64,000 bases of DNA from Isurus oxyrinchus (lineage: Eukaryota): contig JANJGN010000546.1 in the NCBI GenBank assembly GCA_026770705.1, forward strand, positions 1 through 64,000, in the 5' to 3' direction. Below the pieces are notes generated by a model. That model was not told the origin of the DNA. It did not search any database and was given only the letters and a program-made list of their open reading frames with translations. Each line of letters begins with the position of its first letter. Within the stretch, counting starts at the first letter, position 1. Positions 40,506 through 51,408 of the stretch are shown here, one piece after another. Made by a program: the position numbers and the translations under genes.

Positions 40506-40753
40506 TCAGTTTTTCTGGAACCTGATCTGTGCGTATTCCGTTTCCTCGCTCCTGTGCACAGTCCTGTCACCGCCGGGCAGCTTTGAAAAGTTGATGTTGG
40601 CGTAGAAAAGCTCGTCTGGTTTGTCGGGGTTCCCATGTCCAACATCGCCTCCCACTGGACCTTCAGAGAGACCCCGGGAGCTGGGGTCTCCCCCTCGCTA
40701 GTTGTGTCTCTGGTTGTGTTCCGGGCCTCAGTAATCAGCACGTTCTGTTTACC
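40506..40753 (-). pseudogene. Terminal cytoplasmic exon, tail module B, 1-bp frameshift (ancestral frame ITIM LFYANI + ITSM TEYAQI)
   Basis: Paralog of 43481-43729, 248 vs 249 nt. The plus-strand run ccccgggg has lost one G (40676-40678). Corrected frame reads ...DKPDELFYANINFSKLPGGDRTVHRSEETEYAQIRFQKN-stop. Confidence 0.75.
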
Positions 40754-40872
40754 CTACAGAGAAATTAAAACAGAAGACATCCTCACATCATTTACTGGTA
40801 CTGATAGGGTTAAATTATTGTGCAGACTTGTTTAATTCTCTCTCTCCTATCGGAAAAAAGACACCACCTATG

Positions 40873-41056
40873 GCAGTGCAGCACTCCCTCAGTACTGATC
40901 TTCCAACAGTGCAGCACTCCCTCAGTGCTGACCCTCCGACAATACAGCGCTCCCTCAGTACTGACCCTCTGTCAGTGCAGCACTCCCTCAGTACTGACCC
41001 TCCAACAGTGCAGCACTCCTTCAGTACTGACCCGCTGTCAGTCCCGCACTCCCTCG
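40873..41056 (-). repeat. SINE-derived 30-bp minisatellite (paralog 43874-44122)
   Basis: cagtgcagcactccctcagtactgaccctc repeats. Confidence 0.85.
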
Positions 41057-41181
41057 GTAATGGCTCTGGTGAGTGACGGCTTGGATTCTGCGCTCAGGTG
41101 CCTGGTGTGAGGCTCAATAACATGAACCTTGTAATCAGAGAGAGGATGAGAGAGAGGGATAGAGGAGGGATAGAGACAGAG

Positions 41182-42114
41182 TGTTATTAATCTATTAATG
41201 TTTGTATTGCAATTGCAAACTGTCTATTTAAACAGAGGTTTAGTCTGTGTGTGTGTCTGTGTGTATTTTAATTGGATTAAAGCCAGCCAGTCTGTGTGCT
41301 TTGATGTATAGTAGTTTTGAGATGTAAACAAAGAGGTAAAGTGGTAATTTGCATTTTTAAATAAAACATTCAAAGTCTGAGAGTGAAATGTTAAACCAAT
41401 CAACGTTTATATTACTAATAAAATTGATACGATGAAAGAGGATTTATTATTGGAAGAGATGGAGTTCAAAGGTCCTGATGATACATTGCGAATTTACCTT
41501 CAAACAGAAGCCATAAGACCATAAGACATAGGAGGAGAAATTAGACCATTCGGTCCATCGAGTCTGCTCCACCATTCATACATGGCTGATATGTTTCACA
41601 AACCCCATTCTCCCACCTTCTCTCCTAACCATTGATCCCCTGACCAATCAAGAGCCCATCAATCTCCATCTTCTTCACACTCAAGAGCTGGGTATAACTT
41701 GAGCAGTTTTGTGTGTGCAGAGCAGAGGCTTGTAACATCAAAGCAGCTGTAAGCCTACACCTGTCTGCAAAGGAACCAAAGTGAAAGGAACCTCATTTGG
41801 AATTTGTGAGGTGAAAATGCTTTGCCTGGTGTCTGCTTAAAGTCTATGGGTTGTCTTGGAGGAGATTAGTTTGAGAATTTGTTATAAAGTTATGATAATA
41901 CTAGTTTGTAGCCATGTGCATATGTTTAACTTGTGAAAATTAATAAATGTCTCATTTAGATTGATATAAAATCATCTTGAGAACTGGTGGTCTTATTCCT
42001 GAATTTAGAGATGCATCTCAAACATTCCACTGCGAAATATAGGTTACGACAGCTGTTTAAAGTTTCCCTCTGGGATTTTAAGCAACAGCCTTTACCAGTT
42101 GCTGTGTCATAACA
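41182..42114 (+). mobile_element. Solo LTR with inserted CR1 3' tail (~41510-41680); truncated paralog at ~44270-44580
   Basis: TGTTATTA...TCATAACA termini, flanks cagag/gagag. Confidence 0.65.
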
Positions 42115-42249
42115 GAGAGACAGCATGATACTGAACCATTGCTGACTCCACAGGTACAAATCAGTGGGTAACTGGGCTGGGAATCTGGGACATATGTTGT
42201 CTACACACTGAGATTGAAGCTTTGGAGTGAGTGTAAACAGCTCCTGTAC

Positions 42250-42331
42250 CTGGTGATTCACAGAGAGTGGACTGGGGGTCAATGCAATGTCACTGGTCCC
42301 TGAAACTCTCTCCTCCATCGCTGTCTTTCTC
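42250..42331 (-). CDS. Cytoplasmic exon 1, tail module B (82 nt, phase 2-0)
   Basis: Paralog of 44716-44797 with intact splice sites. RKTAMEERVSGTSDIALTPSPLSVNHQ. Confidence 0.65.
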
Positions 42332-42464
42332 CTGCAATAACAAAATATCACACTGTGGTTATCATATAGCAGAGAGTCAGTGCAGCACAGACACAGAGCC
42401 CACTGTAACCTTACACCAATGACTGGACTCTCTCTTTAAATCACCTCTGCACAAAGCACAGAAT

Positions 42465-42930
42465 CAAGACGCTCGACACCATCCAGGACAAAGCAGCCCG
42501 ATTGATCCATACCACATCCACCACATTAAACATTCACTCCCTCCACCATGAACACACAGTGGCAGCAGTGTGTGTACCATCTACAAGATGCACTGCAGCA
42601 ACTCAGCAAGGCTCCTTCAACAGCACCTTCCAAATACGCGACCTCTACCATCTAGAAGGACAAGGACAGCAGACACATGGGAACACCACCACCTGGAAGT
42701 TCCCCTCCAAGTCACTCACCATCCTGACTTGGAAATATATCACCATTCCTTCACTGTCGCTGGGTTAACATCCTGGAATTCCCTCTCTAACAGCACTGTG
42801 GGTGTACCTACACCACATGCACTGCAGCGGGTGAAGAAGGTAGCTCACCACCACCTTCTCAAGGGCAGTTAGAGATTGGCATCAATGCGGACATCACCAG
42901 TGACAGCCACATTCGATGTAAGAATTAAAA
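42465..42930 (+). mobile_element. CR1-group LINE 3' fragment (paralog 44930-45400)
   Basis: Reverse complement of the family at 38225-38660 (caggacaaagcagccc...). Confidence 0.75.
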
Positions 42931-42948
42931 ATCTCACAGCTCAATGTA

Positions 42949-42954
42949 TTTATT
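42949..42954 (-). promoter_or_regulatory. Candidate polyadenylation signal for tail A
   Basis: AATAAA on the minus strand ~530 nt after the tail-A stop, just before the junction into tail module B. Confidence 0.4.
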
Positions 42955-43480
42955 GTGACCCTGCTGCACACACGCCCTGTCGAAGGAACCTCTGTGGTTC
43001 CATTGTTAATCGAAGCAGATCAGAGTTACTGCAACAACTTGCATTTATATAGCACCTTCAATGTAGCAAAATGTCCCAAGGCTCATCCGGGGATTGTTAG
43101 TCACATTTCACCTGACTCTGAGGCACATGAGGAGATATTAGGGACAGGAGACCAACAGCTGAGTCAACAAAGTCAGTCATTAAGGGTCATCTTAAAGGAG
43201 GAGCAAGAGATAGAGAATGAGAGACTGACACAGAAAGAAAGAGAGAGACAGAGAGGAAGAGAGAGAGAGAGAGAGAGAGACAGTGAATCTCACTCCTCAA
43301 TGGCTCAGCATCCAGTCCTCTCTGGAGAAGCATTTCATTCCAAACCACACCAACCGCAGCCCAATTCCATCCCTTCCTCCCTCTCTCCCCCTCTCCCCCA
43401 GTGGGTTGTTTCCTGTTCCCAGGGATCTCAATCCCTACCCGCACACCCACATCTCCTCACTCCCACTCCCCATTTCTCAT

Positions 43481-43729
43481 TCAGTTATGCTCAAACCTGA
43501 TCTGTGCGTATTCCGTCTCCTCTTCCCTGTGGACAGACCCATCATCACTGGACACCCTCAAAACTTGGGGATTGGCGTAGAGAAACTCTTCAGGTTTGCC
43601 GGGGTTCCCAAGTCCAGCATCGCCTCCCACTGCATCTTCAGAGAGACCCCGGGGAGCTGGGGTCTCCCCCTCACTAGTTGTGTCTCTGGTTGTGTTCCGG
43701 GGCTCAGTAATCAGCACGTTCTGTTTACC
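43481..43729 (-). CDS. Terminal cytoplasmic exon, tail module A (degenerate ITIM FLYANP + ITSM TEYAQI)
   Basis: Acceptor ttctctgtag. GKQNVLITEPRN...EEFLYANPQV...EEETEYAQIRFEHN-stop. Siglec-type two-tyrosine tail. Confidence 0.85.
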   Translation of the reverse strand, partial: GKQNVLITEPRNTTRDTTSEGETPAPRGLSEDAVGGDAGLGNPGKPEEFLYANPQVLRVSSDDGSVHREEETEYAQIRFEHN

Positions 43730-44715
43730 CTACAGAGAAATGGAAACAGAAGACATCCTCACATTATTTACTGGCACTGATAGGGTTAAATTATTGTGCA
43801 GCTTCGTTAATGTCAGTCGTGTCTCAGTGGGTTTAACTCTCTCTCCCATGTCTTATGAAAGAAACCACCTATGGCAGTGCAGTGCTCCCTCAGGACTGAC
43901 CCTCCAACAGTGCAGCACATCCTCAATAGTGACCCTCTGTCAGTCTCGCACTCCCTCAGTACTGACCCTCTGTCAGTCTCGCACTCCCTCAGTACTGACC
44001 CTCCGACAGCGCAGCAAAAACCTCAGTACTGACCCTCTGACAGTGCAGCGCTCCCTCAGTACTGACCCTCCGATGGTGCAGCGCTCCCTCAGTACTGACC
44101 CTCTGTCAGTCTCGCACTCAATCGGTAATGGCTCTGGTGAGTGACGGCTTGGATTCTGCACACAGGTGCCTGACGTGAGGCTCAATAACATGAACCTTGT
44201 AATCAGAGAGAGGATGAGAGAGAGAGAAAGAGAGAGAAAGAAAGGGAGGTTGAGATAGAGAGAGAAACTGGAATTTGTGAGGTGAAAATGCCTGGAATCT
44301 GCTTAAAGACTATGGGTTGTCTTAGAGGAGATTAGTTTGAGAATTTGTTAAAAAGTTATGATAATACTAGTTTGTAACCATGTGCATATGTTTAACTTGT
44401 GTAAATTAATATATGTCTCATTTAGTTTGATATAAACCCATCTCGAGAACTGGTGGTCTTATTCCTGAATTTAGAGATGCATCTCAAACATTCCACTGGG
44501 AAATATAGGTTATGACAGTTGTTTAAAGTTTCCCTCTGGGTTTTTAAACAACAGCCTTTACCAGTTGCTGTGTCATAACAGAGAGACAGCATGATACTGA
44601 ACCATTGCTGACTCCACAGGTACAAATCAGTGGGTAACTGGGCTGGGAATCTGGGACATGTGTTGTCTACACACTGAGATTGAAGCTTTGGAGTGAGTGT
44701 AAACAGCTCCTGTAC

Positions 44716-44797
44716 CTGGTGCTTCACAGAGAGTGGACTGGGGGTCAATGCAATGTCACTGGTCCCTGAAACTCTCTCCTCCATCGCTGTCTTCCTC
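44716..44797 (-). CDS. Cytoplasmic exon 1, tail module A (82 nt, phase 2-0)
   Basis: Acceptor ttattgcag, donor gtacag. RKTAMEERVSGTSDIALTPSPLSVKHQ; phase matches both the TM exon and the next exon. Confidence 0.8.
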
Positions 44798-45520
44798 CTG
44801 CAATAACACAATATCACACTGTGGTTATCACATAGCAGAGAGTCAGTGCAGCACAGACACAGTGCCCACTGTAACCTTACACCAACGACTGGACTGTCTC
44901 TTTAAATCACTTCTGCACAAAGCACAGAATTAAGAAGCTCGACACCATCCAGGACAAAGCAGCCCGATTGATCTACACCCCATCCACCACATTAAACATT
45001 CACTCCCTCCACCATGAACACACAGTGGCAGCAGTGTGTGTAACATATACAAGATGCACTGCAGCAACTCAGCAAGGCTCCTTCAACAGCACCTTCCAAA
45101 CCCACGACCTCTACCATCTAGAAGGACAAGGGCAGCAGACACATGGGAACACCACCACCTGGAAGTTCCCCTCTAAGTCACTCACCATCCTGACTTGGAA
45201 ATATATCACCGTTCCTTCACTGTCGCTGGGTCAAAATCCTGGAGCTCCCTCTCTAACAGCACTGTGGGTGTACCTACACCACATGGACTGCAGTGGGTCA
45301 AGAAGGCAGCTCACCACCTCATTCTCAAGGGGCATTTAGGGAATGGGCAATTAGTATTGGCCACGCCAGTGACAGTCACATTCGATGTAAGAATTTAAAA
45401 TCTCACAGCTCAGGAGGGAGCCACTCAGCCCATCGTGCCTGTGCTGGCCCTTTGTAAAAACTGTCCAATTAATCCTAAACAAATGTTTATATTAAAATCA
45501 AGTTAAATCTTCAGACTTAC

Positions 45521-45617
45521 TTTCTCACACAGATGAAGATGAAGATTCCAGCCAGGAAAACACTCAACATGATCCCAGCCGTGAACAATCCTACTGTCCA
45601 TTTACTGGAGTCTCTAC
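45521..45617 (-). CDS. Siglec-like gene, transmembrane exon (97 nt, phase 1-2)
   Basis: Acceptor ttttacag, donor gtaagt. GRDSSKWTVGLFTAGIMLSVFLAGIFIFICVRK is hydrophobic with no intramembrane charged residue. Not in the ORF track. Confidence 0.88.
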
Positions 45618-46044
45618 CTGTAAAAACAGTCATTAATTACTGCACTACAGGTTTACAATGATGCTCCGATGTATCTCGAGAAGCGATACACTCACTCAGT
45701 GTTTAAATACTCATTCTCGGGCAATGCTGACATTTATTGTCCATCCCTAGTTTCCCCTTGAGAAGGTGGTGGGGGGTCTTCCTCCTGAACCACTGGTTTG
45801 TCCCAAACTGGGAGACCAGTTCAGAGGGCAGGTAAGAGTTAACCATGTTGGTGTTTGAGACTGGAGTCACATACACACCCAGACCTGTTAAAATGGACAG
45901 GTTTCCCTCACTAAATGTGTAATTATATCTTTAATTTCTATATATATGTATCAACTAACATCACTAAAATAATCATTTATCACCTCATCTTCACACTGTT
46001 GTTTGTGGGATCTTGCTCTGCACAAATCAGCTGTTGCGTTTCTC

Positions 46045-46195
46045 AACGTAATCTATGTAACATTTATATATAATATTTATCAATGTAATCTATGTAACAT
46101 TTATATATAATATTTATCAATGTAATCTATGTAACATTTATATATAATATTTATCAATGTAATCTACGTAATGTTTATATATAATATTTTATCGT
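46045..46195. repeat. AT-rich 37-bp tandem repeat, ~4 copies
   Basis: atctatgtaacatttatatataatatttatcaatgta. Confidence 0.9.
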
Positions 46196-46538
46196 TTGGG
46201 AGGAGAACCTGAGTATTGCTGAGAAAGGACATTTTGTCAAAGCTTTCTGTCTTGCACCCAATGAAGCAGCTTATCTGGTGGAGAGGGTTCCAGATTTCCA
46301 CTCCCCTTTGTGTGAAGAAGTGCTTCCTGACATCACCCCCTGAACGGCCTGGCTCCAATTTGACCAAGTGTTGCCATTGTCACATGAGGTCAGACGATTC
46401 AAAGCTTGGTCAAAGGGGTCAGTTGTAAAGAGCATCTTAGAGGAGGTAGAGAGAGAGGTGGAGAGGTTGAGGGAGCGAATTCTCGAGTTTAGGGATCAAT
46501 CCAGCTGAGTGGAGATCGATCCTGAGCGAGTCTTTCAC

Positions 46539-46832
46539 CTTTGACCCACAGATACATCTTGAACATGGCTTCCCCGTGTGGGTTTTGAACCGAGCAGGAT
46601 GCAATCACTCCCCCCTCATCCTGGGGTCTCATCAGGGTGAGGGAACCAGTCACCAGATGCCCATCTCTGACCTGCCACGACACAAAACCTCCGTGTGTTT
46701 GGTTACCACTGATGTTGGCACTGGGCAGGTGCCAGGTGAGGTCTCCGGGTGGGTTGGAGTTGGCCACACAGATGCAGGTGACCCCCTCTGACCTCCGAGT
46801 GCACTCTGACTGCTGGGAAATCTCCGGCTTAT
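46539..46832 (-). CDS. Siglec-like gene, membrane-proximal Ig exon (MAG domain-5 type; 294 nt)
   Basis: Acceptor ctcctcag, donor gtgaaa. KPEISQQSECTRRSEGVTCICVANSNPPGDLTWHLPSANIS...CSVQNPHGEAMFKMYLWVK. The C...CxCVxxSNP motif matches the last Ig domain of MAG and related Siglecs. Confidence 0.85.
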
Positions 46833-46919
46833 CTGAGGAGGGAAGGACAACAATGAGACAACTTCATAGCAAAGTTAGAGCGTAAGATAGAATCTTCACA
46901 CTGAAACACTCATTCCTGC

Positions 46920-47660
46920 CTTTGTTACCTCCGTACTCGACTATCGCAACACTCTCCTGCCCGACCTCTCATCTTCCACTCTCCGGAAACATCAGCTCAT
47001 CCCAAACTCTGCTGTCCCCATGTCCTAACTCACACCGAGTCCCGTTCAGACATCACTCCCTGTTGGTCACTGAGCTACACTGGCTCCCGGTCCGACAATG
47101 CCACAATTTTAAAATTATCATCGTTTCAAATCCCTCCTTACTCCCTCCCTATCTCTGTAACCTCCTCAAGCCCCTACAACCCTCCCTATCTCTGTAACCT
47201 CCTCCAGACCCTACAACCCTCCCTATCTCTGTAACCTCCTCCAGACCCCACAACCCTCCCTATCTCTGTTACCTCCTCCAGCATCTACAACCCTCCCTAT
47301 CTCTGTTACCTCCTCCAGCCCCTATAACCCTCCCTATCTCTGTTACCTCCTCCAGCCATCACAACCCTCCCTATCTCTGTAACCTCCTCCAGACCCCACA
47401 ACCCTCCCTATCTCTGTAACCTCCTCCAGCATCTACATCCCTCCGAGGTCTCTGCGTTCCTCCAATTCCGGCCTCTTGACCATCCCCCGATTCCTACCGC
47501 TCCACCATTGGCGGCCGTGCCTTCAGCTGCCTGGGCCCCGAGCTCTGGAATTACCTCCGTAAACCTCTCCATTTCTATCTCTCTCCTCATTTCAGACACT
47601 CCTTAAAATCCGGCCTCTTTCTCTGAGCTTTCAGTCCCTGTTCTAATATCTCCTTATGTA
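46920..47660 (+). mobile_element. L2-type LINE 3' fragment with 32-bp minisatellite (47140-47440)
   Basis: ELHWLPV...FKI motif; ctccctatctctgtaacctcctccagcccctacaac repeats. Confidence 0.75.
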
Positions 47661-47788
47661 TCTCGGAGAGGCGCAGGGTGAAAAAAGCAGGGAGGTGATG
47701 CTAGTTATGCTAAACCACAGCAAGGAAGCTGCCCTCAGACAGAAAGTGTTTGAGTTTTAAGCAGAGACAGGGGGAGTAAAATGCTTAC

Positions 47789-48064
47789 ATTGTACGTTCA
47801 GGTGGGTGATGTTGGAGGTGCTGTTACCCACTGGGTTCCTCGCTGTGCAGTAGAAACCTGCATCATTCTCCCGTGTTACAGGAGTGAAGGAGAGAGTGCG
47901 GCTACTTGTGTTTAACTGGGTGCTGGTGTTCCCCTCGATCCTGAACCAGGTGTAATGAGATATCGGTGGGACACTTTCACTGGAGCAGGTTAATGTGATA
48001 TTGCTTCCCTCTCTTATCCCACCTGAGGATCTGCTGATGGACACCATCGTCTCCTGTGGGGAAT
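47789..48064 (-). CDS. Siglec-like gene, C2-set exon (276 nt, phase 1-1)
   Basis: Acceptor gttccag, donor gtaagc. SPQETMVSIS...GSNITLTCSSESVPPISHYTWF...DAGFYCTARNPVGNSTSNITHLNVQ, a CD22/Siglec-type C2 domain. Confidence 0.88.
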
Positions 48065-48384
48065 CTGGAACAAAGACAGAGAACAATCAGCAGGTAATCC
48101 CCACACCCCACAGCTCTCCGAAATCTCTGCGCTCCTCCAATTCCGACCCCTTGCACATTCTCCCATTCCCATCTCTCCACCATTGGCGGCCGTGCCTTCA
48201 GCTGCCTGGACCCTAACCTCTGGAATTCCCTCCATCATTTCTCACCTCCTTCGGACAAAATCTGACCCCGAGTCACATTAGGAGATATTAGGAGAGGTGA
48301 GCAAAAGCTCGCTGAAAGCAGGAGGTTTTAATGGTGTGTCTTAATGGTTTTAAGGAGCATCTTAATGGTTGAGAAAGAGTTGGA

Positions 48385-49605
48385 GATTGTGTATCTCCCG
48401 CGCATCCCCCCTTGCAAATTCCTCTCCCTCCCAGAGCAATGTAAGGGTCCCTCCTGTCTTCACTTTTCACCCCACCAGCCTCCTCATTCAAAGGATCATT
48501 CTCCGCCATTTCCGCCAACTCCAGCATGATGCCACCACCAAACACATCTTCCCTTCACCACATCCGCCCCCCCCACCCCCCCCCACGTTGGCATTCCACA
48601 GGGATCATTCCCTCCAGGACACCCTGGTCCACTCCTCCATCACCCCTAGCATCTCAACCCTCTCCGATGACATCTTCCCATGCATTTGCAGAAGGTGCAA
48701 CACCTGCCCCTTTACTTCCTCCCCCCTCACTGTCCAATGACCCAAACACTCCTTCCAGGTGAAGCAGCGCTTCATGCAGACTTCCTTCAATATAATCTAC
48801 TGCATTCACTGCTCCCAATGTGGTCTCCTCTACATTGGAGACACCAAACACAGACTGGGTGATCGCTCTGATGAACACCTTCGGTCTGTCCACAAGCATG
48901 ACCCAGACCTCCCTGTCGCTTGCCATTTTAACACCCCACCCTGCTCTCATGCCCACATGTCCGTCCTTGGCCTGCTGCATTGTTCCAGTGAAGCCCAACA
49001 CAAACTGGAGGAACAGCACCTCATCTTCCGACCTGGCACTTTACAGCCTTCCGGACTGAATATTGAGTTCAACAATTTCAGATCATGAACTCTCTCCTCG
49101 ATCTTCACTGCTTTTTGAACCCTTTTTTTATGTATTCATTTTAATTGTTTTATTTGTTGACTGTTTTCCACTTATTTTTATTATTATTATTTGAAATTCA
49201 TTTCCATTTTTATTGATTGTTTTATCCACAGATTTTAGTCTATTTTCGATCTTTATTCCCTCCACCGTCCCCTCCCCCTGCCACACCCCCACAAGGGCCA
49301 TCTGTCTCTTTCCAGAGTGCTTACCCTGGTCCCCCATTATCACACTCTGCTTAATGTCACCATTAGCACCTCCTTTATCCAATACCACCACTGTTAACAA
49401 CCCTTTGACCTTTTGTTTATGACATCTTCCACAATCTCTCCATTGCCTCCACCTATCGCTGGTTTTCTATCCAGCTCCACCTGTCCCATCGCCCCCCCTT
49501 AGACAGGATATATTTCACCACATGTCTACTTCCCTTTAGCTCTGAAGAGGAGTCTTACGGACTCCAAACGCTAACCCTGTCTTTCTCTCCACAGATGCTG
49601 CCAGA
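48385..49605 (+). mobile_element. Penelope-like element 3' part (GIY-YIG endonuclease) with terminal repeat remnant
   Basis: NIIYCIHCSQCGLLYIGDTKHRLGDRSDEHLRSV...VACHFN...GTLQPSGLN. Confidence 0.85.
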
Positions 49606-49915
49606 TGCTCAGAATCAGCTGGATGGACAGAAAGACCAATGAGTGGCTTAGATCAAGAGGAGATGTTCAGCAATTAAAAGGGTTGTTCAGGACAGTTAGA
49701 GAGAGAAAGGTCGTCAAGTACGGAGATTGGAAACGAAGACCTGACAGCCTTGTCCTGACAACCATTGAAGGAGAAACTGAGAGCAAAAACAGAAAGAGAG
49801 AGGAAAAATTGGGTGTGTGGATAACGTGGACTGAGCGAGGATTGAAGAAAACTGGATTAAAAACAACACGATCCCAATGGCTCCACGGAGACCACGGAGA
49901 CAACAAACAAACAAA
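49605..49915 (+). mobile_element. RTE-clade LINE 3' fragment
   Basis: MLRISWMDRKTNE...RKVVKYG...IEG; ends in (CAAA)n. Confidence 0.65.
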
Positions 49916-49932
49916 TGTATCTCCACACTCAC

Positions 49933-50214
49933 ATTCCACAGTGATGGTTATGAATCCCTCCACTGCTCCATGTTCATTCTCTGCCACACACTGATAGTCT
50001 CCAGTGTCCCTGGATGTAACGTGAGGAATCACCAACCACAGCTCATTGTTGGAACTTGTTCTGTTCATTGGGACATTAAGATGTCGCCACGTCAGGTTAG
50101 AAGCTGGGAAGCTCTCGACAGAGCAGATTATCACTGCAGAATTCCGCTCAATTATGTTGATCGATGAAGCGTTAATCATATCAAGAGAAGTAATTGATGG
50201 GTTCCGTGGTGCAT
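49933..50214 (-). CDS. Siglec-like gene, C2-set exon (282 nt, phase 1-1)
   Basis: Acceptor tatttag, donor gtgagt. APRNPSITS...ICSVESFPASNLTW...DTGDYQCVAENEHGAVEGFITITVE. Confidence 0.88.
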
Positions 50215-50404
50215 CTAAATACAAATAAAGGTTTCATTGTGAGCAAACACAGTGCACAGCAAGACTCCAGGTATCATCTCTCTCCATCTGGTGTCTGTGT
50301 GCATGTCAAGGCTTCTTTCCCCATTATGATTTTCTATGTCACCATTTGTAACAGACACTGCCAGTGTGTTCCTTTTTGCATATTCATGGGAAGTGGATGT
50401 ATCT

Positions 50405-50720
50405 ATCTAGACCAGCATTTATTACCCATCCCTAATTGCCCTTGAGGAGGTGGTGGTGAGTTTTTCACCTCCAGAGGATTCCCAGCCTCTGACCGGCTCC
50501 TGTAGCCACAGTATTTATGGCCGGTCCAGTTCGGTGTTTGGTTAACATCCCCCAGGATGTGGATTGTGGGGGATTCAGCGATGTGAAAGTGATTGAATAT
50601 CAAGGGGAGATGGTTAGATTCTCTCTTGTTGGAGATGATCACTGCCTGGTGCTTGTGTGGTGTGAACATTACTTGTCATTTCTCAGCCCAAGCTGAGTGT
50701 TGTTCAGCTCTTGCTGCGTG
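50405..50720 (-). mobile_element. CR1-group LINE fragment
   Basis: ISNKRESNHLPLIFN...ESPTIHILG, the same family as 38760-39227. Confidence 0.75.
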
Positions 50721-51040
50721 TGGATATGTAAACTGTCACGCTGTAATTACAGCCTTCCACCAGAGGAGACACTGTCAGGCTAGAAGAAAAGAAAGTGTCT
50801 TTCACATGATCAGGATGTTCACGGAGATTTCACCATGGAGGAATTGCTTTGGAATAATGGGGTATTGGGTGATAAACCTACAATTCACTGTTCAGGAGGT
50901 TGCTCCATCCAATTCAGTGTCTTGATGATCTGGAGTTTACCTTCCTTCAACACAGAATCAGAGCTGCTACCGAGACTCAAGTGCAGCACTGAGACAGGAG
51001 AGGGAGCTGACACGTGTGTGTGTATGTGTGTTTGTGTGTG

Positions 51041-51104
<64 letters not shown>

Positions 51105-51126
51105 GTTGAAGTTTGCAGTAACTCAC

Positions 51127-51408
51127 GTTCCACAGTGATGGTTATGAACCCCTCCACTGCTCCATGTTCATTCTCTGCCACACACAGATAGTCTCCAGTG
51201 TCCCTGGATGTAACGTGAGGAATCACCAACCACAGCTCATTGTTGGAACTTGTTCTGTTCATTGGGACATTAAGATGTCACCACGTCAGGTTAGAAGCTG
51301 GGAAGCTCTCGACAGAGCAGATTATCACTGCAGAATTCCCCTCAATTATATTGACCGATGAAGCGTTAATCATATCAAGAGAAGTAAATGAGAGATTCTG
51401 TGGAGCAT
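51127..51408 (-). pseudogene. Duplicated C2-set exon with in-frame TGA (282 nt, phase 1-1)
   Basis: Intact ttcttag acceptor and gtgagt donor. Near-identical to exon 49933-50214, but TGG-CGA-CAT has become TGG-TGA-CAT (stop at 51278-51280). Confidence 0.85.

Larger units (their letters stand above)
40470..45412. repeat. Tandem duplication of the cytoplasmic-tail module (B ~40470-42942; A ~43445-45412)
   Basis: Both exons, the SINE-derived minisatellite, the LTR 3' part and the LINE 3' fragment recur. Both copies end at aaatctcacagctca. Confidence 0.88.

Noticed and set aside
41956-42351. 131-aa ORFs 41956-42351 and 44422-44817 as standalone genes
   Set aside because: Only the 82-nt exon portion is supported; the rest runs through intron and LTR sequence.
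51278-51280. Selenocysteine or read-through interpretation of the TGA
   Set aside because: The twin exon has CGA (Arg) here; a CpG transition is the simple explanation.
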